Position numbers and translations under genes: made by a program
Notes under the pieces: generated by a model
Database searches by the model: none
What the model saw: only the letters and a program-made list of their open reading frames with translations
Told to the model about the DNA's origin: nothing
DNA from: Candidatus Latescibacterota bacterium
Lineage (GTDB): Bacteria > Latescibacterota > UBA2968 > UBA8231
Assembly: GCA_965197905.1 (NCBI GenBank)
Contig: CBDAOB010000004.1
Location: forward strand, 64,001 to 128,000
DNA length: 64,000 nucleotides
Direction: 5' to 3'
Part shown: in pieces, positions 59,092 through 64,000 of the stretch
How positions within the stretch are numbered: position 1 is the stretch's first letter
Layout of the letters: each line of letters opens with the position of its first letter

Positions 59092-60930
59092 ACGGGCGGG
59101 TTGGTTTTTGGAACCGCCGCCGGTGAGTTTTGGCGTCACCAGGCGAAGCTGCCGAAGCGGCTCCTCGAGGCTGAGGATCGCGTCGCTCCAGAACTCGGGT
59201 GATTCGAGGTCGCAGTCGATGGTGTTGCGGGCAACGTTCTCCGCGGAATCGCTTCCCGTGGACTTGAGGAAGTCGGCATACCGGGGCAGGAACGAGGTCC
59301 CTTCCTGACGAAACCTGGCGTACAAGCCTCGACTGAGCAGGAATCCAAAGGTGTACGGGAAGTTGTAGAAGGTCGTGCCGGTTATGTAGAAGTGGAGCTT
59401 GGACGCCCAGAAATAAGGGTCCTCGCCCCCTTCCTCCAACAGGTTGCCGAAGACGCGGCGTTGGGTTTCGCACATGAGCTCCTTCAACCTGCTGACGCTG
59501 ATCTCGCCCTGTGCTCGTTCTTCGTACATGGCTTTCTCGAATTCATACCGCACGGGTATATCGAGCAGGTAAATGGCGGCGTGCCCGGTCTCCATGTCGA
59601 GAATCGCCGCTTTCTGCTGGTCATCGACGTCGGGTGCATTCAGGATCCCGTCGGTCAGAATCATTTCCCCGAAGGTGGAGGCCGATTCCGCGAGGGTCAT
59701 GGGGTAGAGCCGCGCCAATACCGGTTGACTGCTCATGACGAAACTGTGGAAGGCGTGACCGACCTCGTGCGCCAACGTGCGCACGTCGCCCATGGTTTGA
59801 TTGTAGGTCATGAAGATGCGGGATTCTCCGGTGAGTAGTGAGCCGGTGCAGAACCCTCCCGGCCGTTTTCCGGAGCGCGGCTCCCACTCGATCCATTCCC
59901 GTTCGTAGACCGAGTCCAGGAAGGTTCCCAGTTCGGGATACGTTTGGTGGAACGCGGTGCCCACGAGCTCCTTTCCCTTTTCCCAGTCGACGGGCTCCTG
60001 ATCTCCCACCGGTGAAGGCGCGCCAAGATCGTACCAGGCGATAGCCTGCGTGTTCATCAGCTCCGCCTTGAACTGCAGAATGCTCCGGGCTACGTCGATC
60101 TTTTCGGTAATGGCGGCGAACATCGCGTCGAGTGTAGCGTGTGAGATGGCCGCATCGAACAGGGCGACGTCCAAAAAATCTTCTATGCCGCGGTGGCGAT
60201 TGAGGGTTAGACGCGTGCCCGAAATGGCATTCAAAGCGGCGGCTGCAGCGTCCTCCACTTGAGACCAGGCGAGGTTGCCGCCGTCGAAGGCGGCGCGTCT
60301 GACGTCGCGATCGGGTTTCTCCATCAAGGAGCGGCGCTGCGACATGGGAAGACGCTCCCGGCGCCCGTCGGGGTAAGACATTTCGAATTCTAGTTTGCCC
60401 GACACGGTGTCGTAAAGACGCCCCCACGCACCAATTCCGTCTACAGCCAGATCTGCAGCCAGCTTCTCCTCGTCGGGCGACATGGTCTGTTGCGCACGGT
60501 GATGCAAGCGTTTGATGAAGAACGCGAAAGGAGCTACGGCCGGTCTGCTCGCGAACGAGACGAGCAGGTCAGCGCTCGCACTTCTGAGCCCACGGAGCAG
60601 CTCCACTTCCAATTTAGAGAATTCCGCACCGAGAAGATCGAAGGACGACTCCGCGGCGGCGTACTCCTCGTTGTGGGCGTCCGCGGCGGTAAGACACCCG
60701 ACGTATGAGCCCAAGTGGGAGACACGGGCGAGGAGGTCTTGGTAGTCCAAGAAGATCGCTTCCCACTGGCTGTCGTTGTCCACGGCAAGTGCTTCGAGCG
60801 CGGCTGCCCGACCGCGCAAGCCCGCAAGGTCTGCCTCTAACGCCTCGCGGAAATTAGTCATCTCCGGTCCATTGAACGTTGGAAAGTAGCTCTGCAGATC
60901 CCAATTCATTATTACCGGTGTTTCGGACAT
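59089..60930 (-). CDS. pepF: Oligoendopeptidase F (M3B)
   Basis: WDL, GKRPGGFC, TLAHEVGHAFH, LAESASTFGE, FYNFPYTFG. Confidence 0.93.
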   Translation of the reverse strand: MSETPVIMNWDLQSYFPTFNGPEMTNFREALEADLAGLRGRAAALEALAVDNDSQWEAIFLDYQDLLARVSHLGSYVGCLTAADAHNEEYAAAESSFDLLGAEFSKLEVELLRGLRSASADLLVSFASRPAVAPFAFFIKRLHHRAQQTMSPDEEKLAADLAVDGIGAWGRLYDTVSGKLEFEMSYPDGRRERLPMSQRRSLMEKPDRDVRRAAFDGGNLAWSQVEDAAAAALNAISGTRLTLNRHRGIEDFLDVALFDAAISHATLDAMFAAITEKIDVARSILQFKAELMNTQAIAWYDLGAPSPVGDQEPVDWEKGKELVGTAFHQTYPELGTFLDSVYEREWIEWEPRSGKRPGGFCTGSLLTGESRIFMTYNQTMGDVRTLAHEVGHAFHSFVMSSQPVLARLYPMTLAESASTFGEMILTDGILNAPDVDDQQKAAILDMETGHAAIYLLDIPVRYEFEKAMYEERAQGEISVSRLKELMCETQRRVFGNLLEEGGEDPYFWASKLHFYITGTTFYNFPYTFGFLLSRGLYARFRQEGTSFLPRYADFLKSTGSDSAENVARNTIDCDLESPEFWSDAILSLEEPLRQLRLVTPKLTGGGSKNQPAR

Positions 60931-61009
60931 GGGTCGACGCTCACACGTTTCGATGGGTGGGAGAATGGAGTGCTTGAAACCGCAGGTACGAAAAGGCGAT
61001 CGCGGGCGT

Positions 61010-62899
61010 TCACCCGATCGTCGCGCTCTTCAGCTCTCGGGTGGAAAGGCGGAGGCCGCCGGCCTTGATGCCTCGAACCGGAAAATCGGCGATGGCAAAC
61101 TCCTCACGCAGAATACGCTGCCGAGGTTTCGGTTTGTACTCCAAAACGAACCTTCCGCCGGCTACGGTGGTGAGTTTTAGGACCCTGCATGCTTCCGGAA
61201 CCAGCTCGTACGCCTTGTTGAGGATGAACTTGCGAATGGAGCATCGTTTCACATAGCCGCATCCGTCAGCATCTCGATACAGGACATTGAAAATCGTCTC
61301 TTCGTCCACGAAACCGCAATGCAACATTCCCTTGCCGACGAAGAGTTTGTCCGGAACATCGATTACCGAGTAGCTTCCTTCCTTCCGTATCACCAGGATG
61401 CGGTCATAGTGCGATACATCGAAGAGGGCCGAACCGTTCACATCGTATCCGAGGTACCCGGATTTGCGATCGTAGCGCAGCTTGAGGTCGCGTTTGGCGG
61501 CCTCGCGGACATCCACTCTATCGAATGCAACGATCTCCGTGCGCCGCGGGAACTGATCTTCGTAGCGCTCTATGAGATCTTCGAGAAAAGCGATGGTGTA
61601 CGGAATGATGTTCTCCAGGTGTGCGGCAATCAACAAGCGGCGTTCTGCGATCTCCGCCATCTCCCCCTTCACCTTTTCCATGTCGTACAAGGAGATGCGG
61701 CGGATCGGAATGCGGAGCAACACGTCGACGTCTTCATCGGTGATCGCGCGGCCGATCTGATCGGCGAACGGCTCGAGTCCGTCGCGCACAGCACCCAACA
61801 CCTTCTCCTTCGTCCTCTGTTTTTCGATCTGTCTGTAGATGCGATTGCGGATGAAAATTTGCTCGAGGGTCAGGGCATGAAGCCGGTCGGCGAGGTGGCG
61901 ATCTTCGTTGCTCAATTCCACCTTCAAGATATCGACCAGGCGATCCACGTTGTGGGCCAGGATCTCGGCCGCACGTTTTACTCGCGGCTTGCCGTCTTCA
62001 TCGATCACCATCATGCTTACCGAAATGGATGTCTCGCAATCCGTAAACGCGTACAACGCATCTACCACTTCCTCGGTGTAGACGCCCCGTGGGAGCTTGA
62101 CCTCGATCTCGGCCTGACTGGCGGTGAAATCCCGTATACTGGAGATCTTCACCTTGTTTTTGCGCGCGGCATCTTCAATAGAGGCGATCAGATTCTCAGT
62201 GTTGGTGCCGTACGGGATCTCGCGGATGACTATGCGCTTGGGATCTGAGCAGTCCAATCGCGCTCGCACACGCACCTTGCCGTTTCCGTCGGCGTATTCG
62301 GAGATGTCCGCCATTCCACCGGTGGCAAAATCCGGGTATAACCGGAATTCACCGTCCCGAAGGTGGTTGACCTGCGCCCGGAGAAGCTCGATCAGGTTGT
62401 GTGGTAGTATTCGGGTTGCCATGCCCACGGCGATGCCCTCGGCCCCGTGCGCGAGCAGGACGGGAATCTTGGCTGGAAAAACCAGAGGCTCCGTGTTTCT
62501 ACCGTCGTAGGAAGGCGTGTATTCGGTGAGTTCCGGATTGAACAGCACTTCCTTGGCGAGGCGGCTCAGCCTGCACTCTATGTACCGCGCCGCCGCCGCC
62601 ATGTCGCCGGTGAGGATGTTGCCGAAGTTCCCCTGTTTGTCGATGCAGATATCCTTGTTGGCGAGAACGACGAGGGCGGAATAAATGGAGGCATCTCCGT
62701 GGGGGTGGTACTTCATGCATTGGCCGACCACGTTGGCTACCTTGTGGAACTTGCCATCCTCAATCTCGAACAGGGTATGTAGTATCCGGCGTTGCACCGG
62801 TTTGAGGCCATCGTCGATATGGGGGATGGCCCGGTCTTTTATTACATACGAAGCATATTCGAGAAAATTGGTGTCGTAGAGAGAGTCCAGGTAAGCCAT
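61010..62899 (-). CDS. parC: DNA topoisomerase IV subunit A (short GyrA/ParC type)
   Basis: DGLKPVQRRIL, YHPHGDASI, QGNFG, AAARYIE. Confidence 0.92.
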   Translation of the reverse strand: MAYLDSLYDTNFLEYASYVIKDRAIPHIDDGLKPVQRRILHTLFEIEDGKFHKVANVVGQCMKYHPHGDASIYSALVVLANKDICIDKQGNFGNILTGDMAAAARYIECRLSRLAKEVLFNPELTEYTPSYDGRNTEPLVFPAKIPVLLAHGAEGIAVGMATRILPHNLIELLRAQVNHLRDGEFRLYPDFATGGMADISEYADGNGKVRVRARLDCSDPKRIVIREIPYGTNTENLIASIEDAARKNKVKISSIRDFTASQAEIEVKLPRGVYTEEVVDALYAFTDCETSISVSMMVIDEDGKPRVKRAAEILAHNVDRLVDILKVELSNEDRHLADRLHALTLEQIFIRNRIYRQIEKQRTKEKVLGAVRDGLEPFADQIGRAITDEDVDVLLRIPIRRISLYDMEKVKGEMAEIAERRLLIAAHLENIIPYTIAFLEDLIERYEDQFPRRTEIVAFDRVDVREAAKRDLKLRYDRKSGYLGYDVNGSALFDVSHYDRILVIRKEGSYSVIDVPDKLFVGKGMLHCGFVDEETIFNVLYRDADGCGYVKRCSIRKFILNKAYELVPEACRVLKLTTVAGGRFVLEYKPKPRQRILREEFAIADFPVRGIKAGGLRLSTRELKSATIG

Positions 62900-64000
62900 C
62901 AGACCAGATGCTCCATAATGTAATCCCGCCGCTCGGGGGTGTTCTTGCCCATGTAGAACTCGAGGGTTTCCGGAACCGCGGACATGGAGCGCACGTTGAC
63001 CTTTACCAGCCGCATGGCGTCGCCGATAAACTGGCCGAACTCTCCCGGCGAAATCTCACCAAGGCCTTTAAAGCGGGTGATCTCTGGATTTCCCACTCGC
63101 TTCAGGGCGCTGTCTCGCTCCTTCACGTTGAAGCAATAGTGGGTTTCCTTCTTGTTACGCACCCGGAACAGTGGGGTCTCCAGAATGTAAACGTGGCCCG
63201 CCCCGACGAGCTCTTCGAAGTAGTTGAGGAAAAACGTCATGATCAGATTGCGGATATGGAAACCATCCACATCGGCGTCGGTGGAGATAACTACCCGATT
63301 GTAACGCAGGTCTTCGATAGAGTCTTCGATGCCCAGAGCCATCATCAGGTTGTAGAGCTCTTCGTTGCGATATACGGCTGCCTTGCTCCGAGAAAAAACG
63401 TTCTGCGGTTTGCCTCGAAGGGTGAAAATGGCCTGCGTGTTCGGATCGCGTGCGGAGACGATAGAGCCGGCGGCAGATTGGCCTTCGGTGATGAATACTG
63501 TGGACTCCTCACCCCGTTTCTTGTCCTGCAGGTGGAACTTACAATCCCGAAGGTTCGGGATCCTTATTTCGATGCGACGCGCCGCTTCCTTAGCCTCTTT
63601 CTTAACCGCATTCAGATCCTTCCGCAGCTTCTCGTTCTGAACGATTTTCTGCTCCAAACTCTCTGCGGCTGGTCTGTTCTTGTGCAGGAAATCAACTACG
63701 GACTCTTTGACTTCTGCCACAATCCATGTGCGAATGTCCGTGTTCCCAAGTTTATTCTTGGTCTGGGACTCGAACACAGGGTCCTTGATTTTCACGGAGA
63801 CGGCGCCGACGACGCCCTCGCGCACGTCGACTCCGTTGAAGCTCTTGCGATAAAACTCGTTGACTCCCTTCAACAGCCCTTCCCGAAAGGCACTCTGGTG
63901 GGAGCCGCCGTCGATGGTGTGCTGACCGTTGACGAACGAGAAGTAGGATTCGCCGTAAGAGGCGGTGTGAGAAAAAGCGAATTCGAGGTGGGTCGAGCTA
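62899..64000 (-). CDS. parE: DNA topoisomerase IV subunit B (5' part outside the window)
   Basis: FESQTK, ITEGQSA, LRGKP, TDADVDG.HI, TRFKGLGEI, MGKNTPERR. Confidence 0.92.
   Translation of the reverse strand, partial: SSTHLEFAFSHTASYGESYFSFVNGQHTIDGGSHQSAFREGLLKGVNEFYRKSFNGVDVREGVVGAVSVKIKDPVFESQTKNKLGNTDIRTWIVAEVKESVVDFLHKNRPAAESLEQKIVQNEKLRKDLNAVKKEAKEAARRIEIRIPNLRDCKFHLQDKKRGEESTVFITEGQSAAGSIVSARDPNTQAIFTLRGKPQNVFSRSKAAVYRNEELYNLMMALGIEDSIEDLRYNRVVISTDADVDGFHIRNLIMTFFLNYFEELVGAGHVYILETPLFRVRNKKETHYCFNVKERDSALKRVGNPEITRFKGLGEISPGEFGQFIGDAMRLVKVNVRSMSAVPETLEFYMGKNTPERRDYIMEHLV

Overview
Bacterial chromosomal window, GC-rich, densely coding, with no rRNA, tRNA, CRISPR array or transposase that I can recognise. 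A C-terminal 'SWGxVK' protein, a DUF5723-type barrel and many Gfo/Idh/MocA and enolase-superfamily genes suggest an FCB-group candidate lineage such as Latescibacterota (inference only). Main content: DegP, a class III cyclase, a TMTC-like protein, a degenerate GH78, dgoD, hemH, hemB, a CusCBA+CopA copper locus, a Rieske/cytochrome b/pentaheme c operon, cobB, acyl-CoA ligases, sugar-catabolic genes, arfB, a sigma70-family factor, pepF and parC/parE. Several genes are split by single-base frameshifts, probably assembly indels. The most interesting signals are absent from the ORF track: (1) three sigma28-type promoters, one pointing into a ~210-nt ORF-free, multi-hairpin, terminator-ended region (candidate sRNA with C-rich loops); (2) a Cys-free rpsR (S18) with an ATC start, heading an apparent operon with an orphan microcompartment shell gene; (3) a 24-aa membrane peptide behind a sigma54-type promoter; (4) a csoR remnant and a Cys-rich leader-like ORF in the copper locus. 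All family assignments come from motif recognition by eye; no searches were run.
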